Positions 25,991 to 36,795 of a stretch of DNA of 64,000 nucleotides are shown piece by piece. The number at the start of each line of letters is the position of its first letter. Within the stretch, counting starts at the first letter, position 1. The notes under the pieces are model-generated. The model did not search any database. It was not told where the DNA came from and was given only the letters and a program-made list of their open reading frames with translations. The stretch comes from Sphagnum compactum (Eukaryota), in NCBI GenBank assembly GCA_965153455.1, contig OZ234494.1, positions 12,834,001 through 12,898,000 on the forward strand, written 5' to 3'. The translations under genes were made by a program, and so were the position numbers.

Positions 25991-28900
25991 TGCAATGTCT
26001 TATTGAAAGAATGTGGGTCTTGAAGGAAACAGGAAGAAGCTGCTACAAAAATCAGGGTTGCAGAGAAGAAGGATTCATGACCCAATGAAGTCATTTGGAA
26101 AATGTTTTTCCAGCAGTGTTTTGCATGAACTGAGAACAACATATGGTTTGTATTTGGAGGACAGATGACTGTAAGAGGTGCTGAATTCAGCAGTTAATGA
26201 GGAGAAATGTCAGTTGACTCCAAAGTAGAATGTATAGTACTGAAGAATGAAGTGTCTGGAATGGAGAGTTATCAACGGCTTACTTGTGCTTTGGAGTAAT
26301 TCATCACCAGATGTCTGTTGTTGCATTCAGGACACCAAGTCTCTTGGACTGATGGACTATGGGGGTTTCAACAGGTTGGTGAATATCAAGGTGCTTACAA
26401 GGTACTTTGTTCTACTTGCACTCTTGTTGCATATAGTGTTTTGATGAGTCTTGAGTATTTGGGGAACTGTAATTTTAGCTCTTCTTGTTCGAGCATTATG
26501 TTTACAAGAGAGAATGTTTTCCATTGGAATTGCACCAACTGTTTGTTGTTGGGCCATGGCTGGCAAGTTGGTGATACATATATAATCTGTGCACAAAGAG
26601 TAATTTTGAGAGGCAATGCTCTGTGAATATTCTCTAGTTTAGTATATGGCAGGTGACCAAGGGATTTCTGCAGAAGTTTGGACTTAACCATGTGCTGGAC
26701 ATTCCAATTACTGAGGTCAGTGGTATTAAGTGTTAACATAGGTGGGCAGAATTTTGCAGTTTTGCATTCTCGGGTCTCCAATATTCTCACTACAATTGCC
26801 AATGCCTTATGTGTTGTTTGCAATTTGCACACCAATTTAAAAATGCTCAGCATTTGACAAGTTAATTTCATGGTTGATAAGTCTGTCGAGCAAGAAATCT
26901 TCTCTGTAGCAACAGTAGAAAATTTCTAATCCCCCTTGTTTTCTTCTTATGAAATTCATACCCGGCCAGTTGATATTTGCATACATACTTATATCAACCT
27001 GGTATGATGAAAAAGGGGTGGTGGGATATCCTAATACCAGAAACAATCTGCAATTGAAAACTGGACATACTAACTAGTCTGGACTTTGGAGCTGTAAAGA
27101 TGCAGAGGAAGCACTGACCTCCAAAAGGGCCATTAAAAAGAAAATGACTGCTTTTTGATTGACCCATGTGGTGGTGTTTCAATGGTCATGGTCTCTCACT
27201 TTATGCTGCCCAATTTTTCATGTTAATTGGTGGGCCATGGGTTAGATATTTAGATTTCTGTGTTGGATGTGAAAAGCATTGGTAGAGACCTAAAAGGGCG
27301 ATTGTGGGTGGAGATTCTCTTACCAAGGATTCTCTTCCTAGTTTGCATTTTTTTCATTTGCACAATCTTCATAGAGGATGCTAGAAGAGGGTTTTTTTTT
27401 TCTTTTTTTTTAAAGGATAGAAGCATTTTGGGAAAACCAAAACACTCTATATAAAAGAGTACCTCCAACTACACCAAGAAAAATCTTGGAGCTTTTAATG
27501 TTTGGCAAATGAAATGAATGAATGAAGGTAATCTGGGCATCTGCTTCTTTCATTTTGACAATTGTAACAAACTCAACCACCCAATACAAAAGTCAATCCC
27601 AATATAGGTACACAATAACACTGCCCCCAAAAAATCCCCCCCCCCCCCCCCCCCCCTTTCCTTCCTTCCCCCACTCCACCCTCTCTCTCTCTCTCTCTCC
27701 AAAAAAAACACACAAGAGAACAATATCCCTCAACAATTTCTTAGGTCCTTAGGGACATGTGTCAGTTACAGGTTGGGTTTGCACCATATCATTATCCCAT
27801 TGCTACCAAACATGCAAGTTTCATTGGGCCACCCAAATTTTTTGGCGGCATGCACATTGGGAGCTAGAACCATGAGTTTAAAATCTCCCCCGTCCTACAC
27901 AAGACACACGTCAAAACAGGAATGGGCCAGCAAAGATTTGCTTCGTCACCCAACTTTAGAAGGAGTTTAAGTTTGAGGGAAACAAATTTTTAATTTAATA
28001 GATTTCAAGAAAAAAAAAAAGCAAAGCAAGTTTTTTTAGAGAGCAAAAAGAGGAAAGAGTTTCAATATCAAAATTAAGTCTTGGGTATTTTTGCATTGGA
28101 TTTGTTTGCATTGTTGGTTTTGTTGGGGGTGTAGGAATTATTAATTTTTGTGTATAAATTGCTTTCCATTTGTTCCTGGCTTTTGTATGTTAAGTGTTGT
28201 TTGTTTTTGTGGATTGGGTTGTGTTGTTGTTGTTGTTGTTGTTGATAACACCCCCAGTTTTGGTTGCTGCTGCATCACCATCTCAGGCTTTTCTCTCTTT
28301 GGCCTTGTCTTGGTGCAGGTGAGTGCCAGAAAATTTCCACTTGAAGCAAGCAATCTCTCTTGCCAACCATTGATGATGAGTTTGTTTTGAAAGCTTTCTG
28401 TTTTGTGTGCTTGAAACTCTGGTGTGTCACTTTTTGTCAACCAAAGAGGAGGTTTTGGTCTTTGGTGTTTGTGCTCTAACAACATGATACTTTTGGATTG
28501 TGAAGTTTGAGGGAATGAACAATGGTCACAAGCTCATTCACGGGGTTGTGAGGCGTGAGTTGTTGTTGTGATTCCTGAGTTGCACTTGAAATTTGCAGTT
28601 TTGTTTCTGTTCCTTTTCTTTTGTTTTCTGTGAATGGGAAGAGAGAATTGATGGATTCTTTGTTCCTGGCATCTGGAACCGCAATGTATGTGAAACCCCC
28701 AAGACAGCATGAATTTTTCTTGAACCTTTTCTTTTCTCACCACATATGTACAAACAGAGGGCAAGAACCCCATGTACACACAAAGTTGTAGAGAAAACAA
28801 CATCAAGTAGGGTTTGTTACTTTTGGATTTTATATATTTTTTCCTGCTGCAGATTGAGTGTGCAAAAGGGTACCTATTGTTTCTCTGGCAGGCAATCTAA

Positions 28901-29341
28901 TTACAAAATGAAGGTCAAAGTATCATCATCTTTGTTCATACTACTTAAGAAATCACTCTTGTTTTCCTTGTAAACTGGGGCAAGGGAGTGAGGAGGGTCA
29001 TATCAAAACCTAGTTCAACATTTGTTTGTCCTTCGTGTCTATTGAAGCAAAATATATCTGACTAAAACACCTGATTTTTTTATCTCTTTGGATTGCTCAA
29101 GTTCTCTATTTTCTTTTTTGTTTTCTATTCCTTCATGCCCTTGCTTCCTCTATCCAATAACTCTCTGTAAGGTGAAATGATGTTAGTTTTGAGCTCTAGC
29201 TATGTTTTTTTAATCCCTCTGACAATACTCCTAAATGGAACTCTTGTGCTTACATACCGGCATCAGTTTTTGGTTTGGTAGAAACTGGCAAAGACTACAT
29301 AACTCTTACACAGGAATAAATGCATTTTGTGTCCAGGAAAA

Positions 29342-31286
29342 ATGCCTCATGGAAGGTTTGCAGCCAGTTTTGATTCCCCAACAGTTGATGTGATTGTGGA
29401 TTTAGGAAACCCAATTCTCAACTACACTCTTGATGGCTTCATCAAAGTTGGCGGGGTAAAATGTTTCTTCCTGATGGAATTTGAGGTTTTGTTAATTGAT
29501 TTAGAATGTTTTTGATTGCTCAACCTCTTTCTTCTTCTGACCCAGAATCAGGTGAGTAGTCTGAGTAGTGCATAAGTACCCTTTATTTCTTCCATCTACT
29601 TCCAACAACTCTCCTTTTTTAAATTCAGTTTTTTGCATTTGCATTTGTATATGTAAATTTTTTAACAAAATTCCAGTTTCATACCCATCATTGTGCAGGT
29701 AGGTGTTGCTCATGCTGTTCTTCAAGATACCTTTGCCATACTGAAGAAAGGTATGTACAACGTCTGACTTTACGTCCATGCGGGACTCTCTTCTGTTTCT
29801 TTCAATGGTCAAGGGATGGCTGATTACATTTTTCAACTGATCCAATCATGGGTCAGAGAGGTGGTAAAAAAAATTGCAGAAGAATTGTATAATAGTCTTG
29901 AATTTGGTGGAAGGAAATTTTGGTTGTCAAGGTGTACTGAGGATTAGTTGGTATTTCAACATGTACTGAGTTTTAGTTGATGTGTAAGGAAAGTTGGGTT
30001 TGTCAATTTGTACTGAGTTTTTCATGAGAACTTGTTTTGGATATGATAGTCTTGAGAAATGACATTTTTTCTGTTGAAGAGATGAGATGTGAAATGCTGA
30101 CTATTTAGTGCTTCGGAAATGGGGGCAGAGTCTGTGACAAAGCATGACCTCAACAAATTGGTGAGTTCAGCAATAGAACCTGCTTGGGTTGTATACAAAT
30201 GTCATAGATGCTCTGGATGGATACATCTTCCAAGTTCCCATGCATGTTATGTTGCTTATGATATATTCTTATGAACAGAAATTTGAGCTGCCAATCTCTG
30301 TGTCCATTTTGAGGTTGAGTTCAAGGACTATGGCTGATAATAGTCATGCATTTTGCAGGTGAAACGTGCTGGTAGAGAAGGATTCCAAGCAGGTTAGCAT
30401 TTGGACACTTTCACAGTCAGGCATTGCAATTTGCTCTACTCTTTGCCCTTGTGTTTTTACAATGTTATAAAAATTTCTTAACATTTCAGAGATGGCAGCA
30501 TCTTGCTTTTTGCCATGTCCCTTTGAAAGAATGAAGTTTTTGGGTGTAGAGCTCTCTTTAAAAAGCTCAAATGTAGTTGAAAATACTCCCGACGATTAGC
30601 TCGAACAGTTGAATATAGTAATGTGGCTTGAGTCTTTTTAGCTTAGCCCGATGTATCTACCTTACAGAATGTCTCCTCCTTTCAATGCAGGTTTGGTAGC
30701 AGGAGTGTATGCTGGTGTGGAGTATGGAATAGAACGTGCACGTGGAAAGACTGACTGGGTAATTTGACAAACCACTATTTTGGTTTTTCTCCTTTATTTT
30801 TCCTCCACTCAAGTATGTGTGTCAGCTAGCTCAGAAACAAACACACTTCAAAGCAGACTTGGGTTTTTTTCTATACTTTCATGTTAGAATCTTGTGGAAT
30901 TTGAAAGAAGTCACATACTAGATACTTCCTTCTTACTTACATACTTCTAATCAGAAAAAATAGACTTTGCTTACTAAGGGTCTTTCAATCCAGGTTGCTC
31001 CACAAAACATAAGAGTTGCAAGTCTTTTGGTAGTGATCATTGATGCTGATATGGGAGATTTTCTCTTATGAATGTCAGTTTGAAGCTCCCTGCATGTAAG
31101 ATGCTGATATGGGAGATGTTTTTTGCCTTCTTGATAAAACAGAAAAATGCTGCAATTGGAGGTGCATTAACAGGTGCCCTTCTTTCATTGAGCGATGGCA
31201 CGTTCACTCGTGATAAGATCATCCAGCATTCTATCACAGGTGGTGCCATAGCCACGGCGTCAGAGTTTATTCGCAACATCACATAA
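29342..31286 (+). CDS. OEP16: Chloroplast outer envelope pore protein 16 (PRAT/Tim17-22-23 family); exons 29342-29455, 29699-29750, 30129-30160, 30359-30392, 30691-30758, 31143-31286
   Basis: The spliced protein is MPHGRFAASFDSPTVDVIVDLGNPILNYTLDGFIKVGGVGVAHAVLQDTFAILKKESVTKHDLNKLVKRAGREGFQAGLVAGVYAGVEYGIERARGKTDWKNAAIGGALTGALLSL...GGAIATASEFIRNIT. It carries OEP16-typical DxGNP and ERxRGxxDWKNA motifs, and exon phases are compatible. Confidence 0.92.
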
Positions 31287-32038
31287 AACTCAAAAAAGCT
31301 AATCTCTGGTCAAGTTTTTCATACCAACCCATGAAAGCTTTTTTGGGGGTTGATTGGGCTTAGTACATCGGGTTTTGGTTGCATGACTTGATTCACAAAT
31401 TTACTGGAAGAGAATGAATGCAAACGAAGGAGCATGTTAAAAAACAACACACATGTGTGCCTTTGCCTTTGTTGTTGCAAATATGGAACCATTTTTTGGA
31501 AAGTGAGTACCCTATGCATTATGAACATTTGTATTATGAATGCAAAAAATTTGGAAGATAAAAAAAAATCCTTTCAAATGGTGGTGAGTTAATCTTTTTT
31601 GGAGATGTGTGTTTCATGTGTTTTGTATTCTGCAATTCGTTTCTGTATGCCATACTACAATGATGAAGTAGGGTAAAATACATATTTGGTAGTGCATTCC
31701 TTACAAAGTACAAAAAACTTCGTTGCAAGTTTAAAACTGAAGAAAATAGTTCTCAAGTTTTACAACAAGCTTAAGCCATAATGTGCCTTTGGCTTCACAT
31801 TCGCCATCAATGATGTCCTTGCATTCCTAATTAGATTAGGTGCAAAATTTTGTCAACAAAGAAATTGTGACCGAAGCTGTTCATAGTTCATCCATTGAGG
31901 ATCTTGAACAAACATTCCAACATGATGAACAATCTCACTGAAGTTTTGCTTAAGGTTGCAAAAGATCACCATTTCAATCAAGGAGCTTTTAGAAGAAGTA
32001 AATTGTTATGCAAAGTAAAGCAATGCAACCAACAAAAT

Positions 32039-32545
32039 TCTACACTACTAGATTTTTATAAGTGAGGGCCAGTTTTCACAATTTTCATCCATTTTGCAAG
32101 TTCTGTGCAATTTTCATCCAATGTGAAATGAGTGGAAGTTCTTCAAATTTTCATCCATTTGGAAACTTTTTTGTGCAATTTTCATCTAATGTGAAATGGG
32201 GGTAAGTTTTCAAAATTTTCATCCATTTTGTGACTTCTGTACAGTTTTTTATACAATGTGAAATAAGGTCCAGTTTTCTAAATTTCATCCATTTTGTGAC
32301 TTCTGTACAATTTTCATCCAATGTGAAAGGAGGGCCAGTTTTCTAAAACTTCATCCATTTTGTAACTTCTCTGCAATTTTCATCCAATGTGAAACGAAGG
32401 CAAGTTTTGTAAACTTTTCATCCATTTTGCAACTTGCTGAGAAAGTGGGGTCAAGTTCTTTTGACCCATATCGCACAATTTCGCCAGTTGCAATCACCCC
32501 CCGGGTTTCACCGGGTAGGTAAACCTAGACCCGGCGAAACACTAG
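32039..32545 (+). mobile_element. Putative non-autonomous Helitron containing a ~66-bp tandem repeat (~5.5 copies, 32064-32430)
   Basis: 5' end TCTACACTACT. The 3' end is a hairpin GTTTCACCGGGT-loop-ACCCGGCGAAAC followed by ACTAG|T. The internal repeat is built from paired TTTTCATCCA motifs. Confidence 0.6.
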
Positions 32546-32586
32546 TTCAGAACTTCAGACCCAATTCCTCCATGTGGGCGACAAAA

Positions 32587-32610
32587 TAGGGTTAGGGTTA
32601 GGGTTTAGGG
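32587..32610 (+). promoter_or_regulatory. Telo-box cluster upstream of NIP7
   Basis: TAGGGTTAGGGTTAGGGTTTAGGG about 360 bp before the ATG. Telo-boxes are known to be enriched in promoters of plant ribosome-biogenesis and translation genes. Confidence 0.55.
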
Positions 32611-32967
32611 AGCGTGAACGAATCTCGCACACTGCAAGCAACCCGTCGAGCAAGTGACTGCTTCGTTTCTCGGCATTATTTTTCTTTCGTGGATTTGGGC
32701 AGTGTTGTTTCCACGATAGCATAGTTTTGATTGCATTCTTCTGTCTGAAGTGGCCTTTTCTTTGAAAGAATTCTGATCGACACAAACACTGTATGAGTTG
32801 CAAAGATTTTGTGCATACTGGTTGTGTAGGGTTCAACAGCAAAGTGTTTTTTGAGGGGATTCTGATTCATACAGAAGATTCTGTGATTTGCAGAGGACTT
32901 GTGCATTTAAACTGTGTAAGAAAAGTGCGTGGCAACAGCCGCTTGACGCCAAGGTACAGTAGCCAAC

Positions 32968-33540
32968 ATGCGGCCTTTGGATGAGGCAGAAACTACGCAG
33001 GTGCTAGAGAAGCTGCACAAGTTTGTGGGGAGCAATCTGCGTCATCTGATAGAGCGGCGGTCCCATGAAGGCTGTGAAGCAACAACAACTCCTGCTGGAG
33101 GCTATTGTCTCCGCCTCCACAAACAGCGGGTGTACTATGTGAGTGAGGCTTTGGTTCGGCGGGCTACTAATGTTGGCCGGGAGAAGTTGTGTGGTCTTGG
33201 AACTTGCTTAGGCAAGTTCACCAAGAGTGGTAAGTTCCGCCTTGTCGTTACATGCTTAGACCTCCTGGCCGCGCATGCCAAATACAAGATATGGCTGAAA
33301 CCGTCAGCAGAGATGTCGTTTCTGTATGGGAACCATGTCCTGAAGAGTGGACTGGGGAGAATCACAGATAACACCCCGCAGTACCAGGGTGTGGTCATCT
33401 ATTCCATGTCCGATGTGCCATTAGGGTTTGGACTTGCAGCAAAATCCACACAAGAGTGCCGGAAGTTGGATCCCAATGACATTGTGGCATTGCATCAAGC
33501 AGATCTTGGGGAATATCTGCGGCTGGAGGATGAGCTTTAG
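32968..33540 (+). CDS. NIP7: 60S ribosome subunit biogenesis protein NIP7, single coding exon, 190 aa
   Basis: [95 protein letters not shown] (PUA domain). Confidence 0.97.
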   Translation: MRPLDEAETTQVLEKLHKFVGSNLRHLIERRSHEGCEATTTPAGGYCLRLHKQRVYYVSEALVRRATNVGREKLCGLGTCLGKFTKSGKFRLVVTCLDLLAAHAKYKIWLKPSAEMSFLYGNHVLKSGLGRITDNTPQYQGVVIYSMSDVPLGFGLAAKSTQECRKLDPNDIVALHQADLGEYLRLEDEL

Positions 33541-33713
33541 TTTGCAGCAGAAGGGGTTAGTGTTTTCTTTTGGTGTCAAATCTTCTTCACAAAAAGTGGA
33601 GAGTTTGAGATTGATGTTATAACCACTACCATGACATTGAGCTTCTTCCAAGAGATGATTCATCTGAGGTGTATATTCTTTCTGGAGTTTTTGTGTTTTG
33701 TGGGTTTCTGGCT

Positions 33714-33840
33714 TCAATACCAGGGTTTTGGTCATTTGCTCTATGCTGGACATTGTTCCCTTAGGACTCAGGTTGCTGGCAGCCAAGTCCACACAGAATT
33801 CCCAGAAAGAATTGTCCACTGACATAGAGATGCATGGCAC
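33714..33840 (+). pseudogene. Decayed tandem copy of the NIP7 3' coding end
   Basis: CAATACCAGGGTTTTGGTCATTTGCTCTATGCTGGACATTGTTCCCTTAGGA...GCAGCCAAGTCCACACAG parallels NIP7 33379-33453. The translation VICSMLDIVPLGLRLLAAKSTQ compares with [20 protein letters not shown]. Confidence 0.8.
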
Positions 33841-34729
33841 CAGTACATTAAGGGTGAGCTTTTCATTTGCAGCCTGGTCAGGGTCTAGAGTTAGGGTTTG
33901 AAGAAGCCGGAGAAGTTTTGTTTGCTTAATAAATGTGACCAATATTTTGTTTTGGGGGGGGGGGCTTTCTATTCTTTGGAGTTCTTGCTTATTTTGAGAT
34001 TTGCCTTTTTGTATACCTGGTTACAATACTTGGCTTTGTAACACTTCTACAACCGAAAGATGAAACAAGAAGTATTGTTGTTGCTGTGGTGATCATCGTA
34101 AGTGGCAGTTCTACTTACCAGCTGATTCTCTTTATGCACCTGATGGTTCAGTCCATTGGTTCATATCTAGACAGATAGCAAACAGGAACTGGATAGATCT
34201 AGCCACAGCCCCTCAAAGACTCAAGGAAATTGAGTAGCACTAGAATTTGCAGGCAGCTTGTAATTGCTATAAATGATGAAGGTGATGTTCCGATGCTGTC
34301 TGAGTGATGCTCATCAGGTTATGACTGCACTCATTGTTATGTTACCTTCAGAGTGTTATAGATATTTCTTTGCAATGGCATTGATATCTTTCTGGTGACT
34401 TTGGAGGATGTTATGGATTCGAAGCATGCGTCTCTCTATGCCTTAGGCATAGATGCTTTCTTATTCAGGGACAAGCCAGAAGTGAAATGAAGATTACCCT
34501 CACATAACCATCCTTTGTGAGAATCTTGATGTCACGATTGGCTTTAATGTTGTGGGTTGCAACCCATAACTTTCGACCTCCATTTCATTAGGGACCTAGT
34601 TAGCACAAGGTACCACCCTAGGCGCTTATTGGCCCAATCATTATGTAACCCATTAGTGCTTAGATGAAGATTTCTTAACTGCCCTTTGTATGGATGAAAA
34701 CAGGGTTGATCTTATTCTCATCAGGGATG

Positions 34730-34882
34730 CTCAGTAACCAGCTCAAGTATTTTGGCTACCATGAATAGTCTAAGCACTCACCCACCTCAACCTGCTCAGG
34801 TGTGTTGGTTACTGTGAATAGTTTGGGCACTTGCACACCTTGACTATTCATGGTAACCTGTGCACACTTGCTGGTTACCGAG
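34730..34882. mobile_element. MITE-like fold-back element
   Basis: Terminal inverted repeats CTCAGTAACCAGC / GCTGGTTACCGAG and an internal inverted pair GGTTACTGTGAATAGT / ACTATTCATGGTAACC. Confidence 0.6.
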
Positions 34883-36795
34883 TCCAAGCTTGTTGCAGCT
34901 TGATTGAGGATAAAATTGAGTTGTTCTAGTAGTACTGTCTTTCAGGGAAGAACAATTAATTTGTCTATGTGAAGAATTAATGTGCTCGCTTCTACAAAGT
35001 TTTCACTTGTAGTTAAATGACATTTTGGGGTATACTTACCACATAAAGAACCTAAAAGAGACAAAGAAGCTTAGCACATTTTTGTTGCACTAATTGAAGC
35101 ACTGTTGAAATTCTTTTGTGCTAATCAAAGCGTAGTTGAGAACATGAAGAACTAAATCAAAGGGTTATGGAGAATATGAAGAGCTAGGTAATTGAACCAT
35201 CGTCAAGAAGAATGTTTGTGGCACTGTGGTCGTATTTCCCTAAAATGGCAAGAAGAACGTTTGTGGCACCGTGGTCATATTTCTCACTAAAATGGCAATT
35301 GTATGCGGGAGTTTGGTAATGATGGACACCCTATTTCAATATAGTTGGGAACAAGAACTTGTCAATTAACTAGCTGGAAAGGAAGGAACATAACCCACTA
35401 TGCATACATTCTCAAGCTTCTGATTCATCCTCCACTCGGTGTTCACCAAGCATAACCTCTTGACCTTTGTCTCTCATTCATGCATCATCGACATCATGAA
35501 ATAAATCCATGCCAGAGTTTATTGACTTTGTTTGGACATAGTGATGGAGCACAATGAATAGTTCTTAAAAGAGACAAGCTCAAAGGTTTCTCTCTTTGTT
35601 TCTTCTTTTCCCCCCCTTTGCAGGGTGCTTTGTTTAACAAAGTTTACCAGGGTTTCGTCATCAACAAGCAAGCCTCTTTAATTATTAGAACATACTCTAA
35701 ATGAAACTGAGGTTTAAAATGAACACGATTTCTTGAAAATTTGTATTACCTTAATGTTGCGTCCATTATGTCCTAACAAACCCCCAATCCACCTTAACAA
35801 GGACCTTAATCAATATAAGTCAACACGAACACAACCCATTACCAAATTTTTTAATCAGTTGTGACAAAGTCTCAATTATGTCTTAAGTCTTAACAACCTT
35901 GATGGACATATTTACTCACCTTAAAAACTTCAATATACACTTAAATCAATCTTGACTAATAATCTCAATGCATGTTCCACTATGTTTTTACTTCTATACA
36001 AACCCCTCTTATGGCCATAATCACCTCAAAGAAGCTTGATGAATGAACATCACATTATTTGTTAATCCTTCAAGATGGATCTTAGTTCATCCTTTATTAC
36101 CTATGTCATATTATTGACCCTAATCAGCCCCAACCTACCTTAATTACATCTTAATGCCTCTAATATAACCTGAATCATGACCTAATAACCTACCACTTTT
36201 TTAAACATATATTACTGGAAGCAAAGGCTTTCTGAGCCGAGACCGGTTCCAATCCATTCCACCTAACCTGACAAACACTAGGGGACCGAACCGGTTCGGA
36301 TTTACGTATATAACCGGACCACGGGTTTTCCTAAACGGAAACGAAGTGGTCGACGCGAGCGCGGCAAGTGGCTGCCCACGCCAGATCACATAGCCGTTGC
36401 GCGACGAGCGGGGGCTCCGCGCAAGAGAATTTCAAACGCCGCTTTTTTGGTTTTGTTTCTGTTTTGGCGTGATAGTTCGGCGTGTGCATCCGAAACCAAG
36501 AATTCGCAGCTTTCAAAAATAATTTTCCAACGATCTTGCAGAAATAATTGGCAATTGTTTTATGCTTTTGCAACTATTATTCTGTCTCTTGTTTGCATTC
36601 TGATCGGACTCGAGATTTGCAATTTGCTTGTGTGTGGAGAGTGTTGTGTTTGGAAGGTTTGCAGGAGGATTGTGAGGCGCGTTTTCTTGTTTGTTTTTCT
36701 TGGACGTTCTATGTGTTTGTTTGTCTTTTACCTTTTTCTTTATCTTTGAGGTAGTTGTTCTTGGTTTGTGGAAGTGTAAGAGGAGAATAACAAGG

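Noticed and set aside
27400..29340. Conserved miRNA hairpin upstream of OEP16
   Set aside because: By eye I found no match to the deeply conserved land-plant miRNAs I checked and no long fold-back. The region looks like promoter plus leader introns.
32968..33540. NIP7 as a retrogene because it lacks introns
   Set aside because: There is no poly(A) tail or TSD, the ORF is intact, and it has a telo-box promoter. An intronless CDS alone is not diagnostic.
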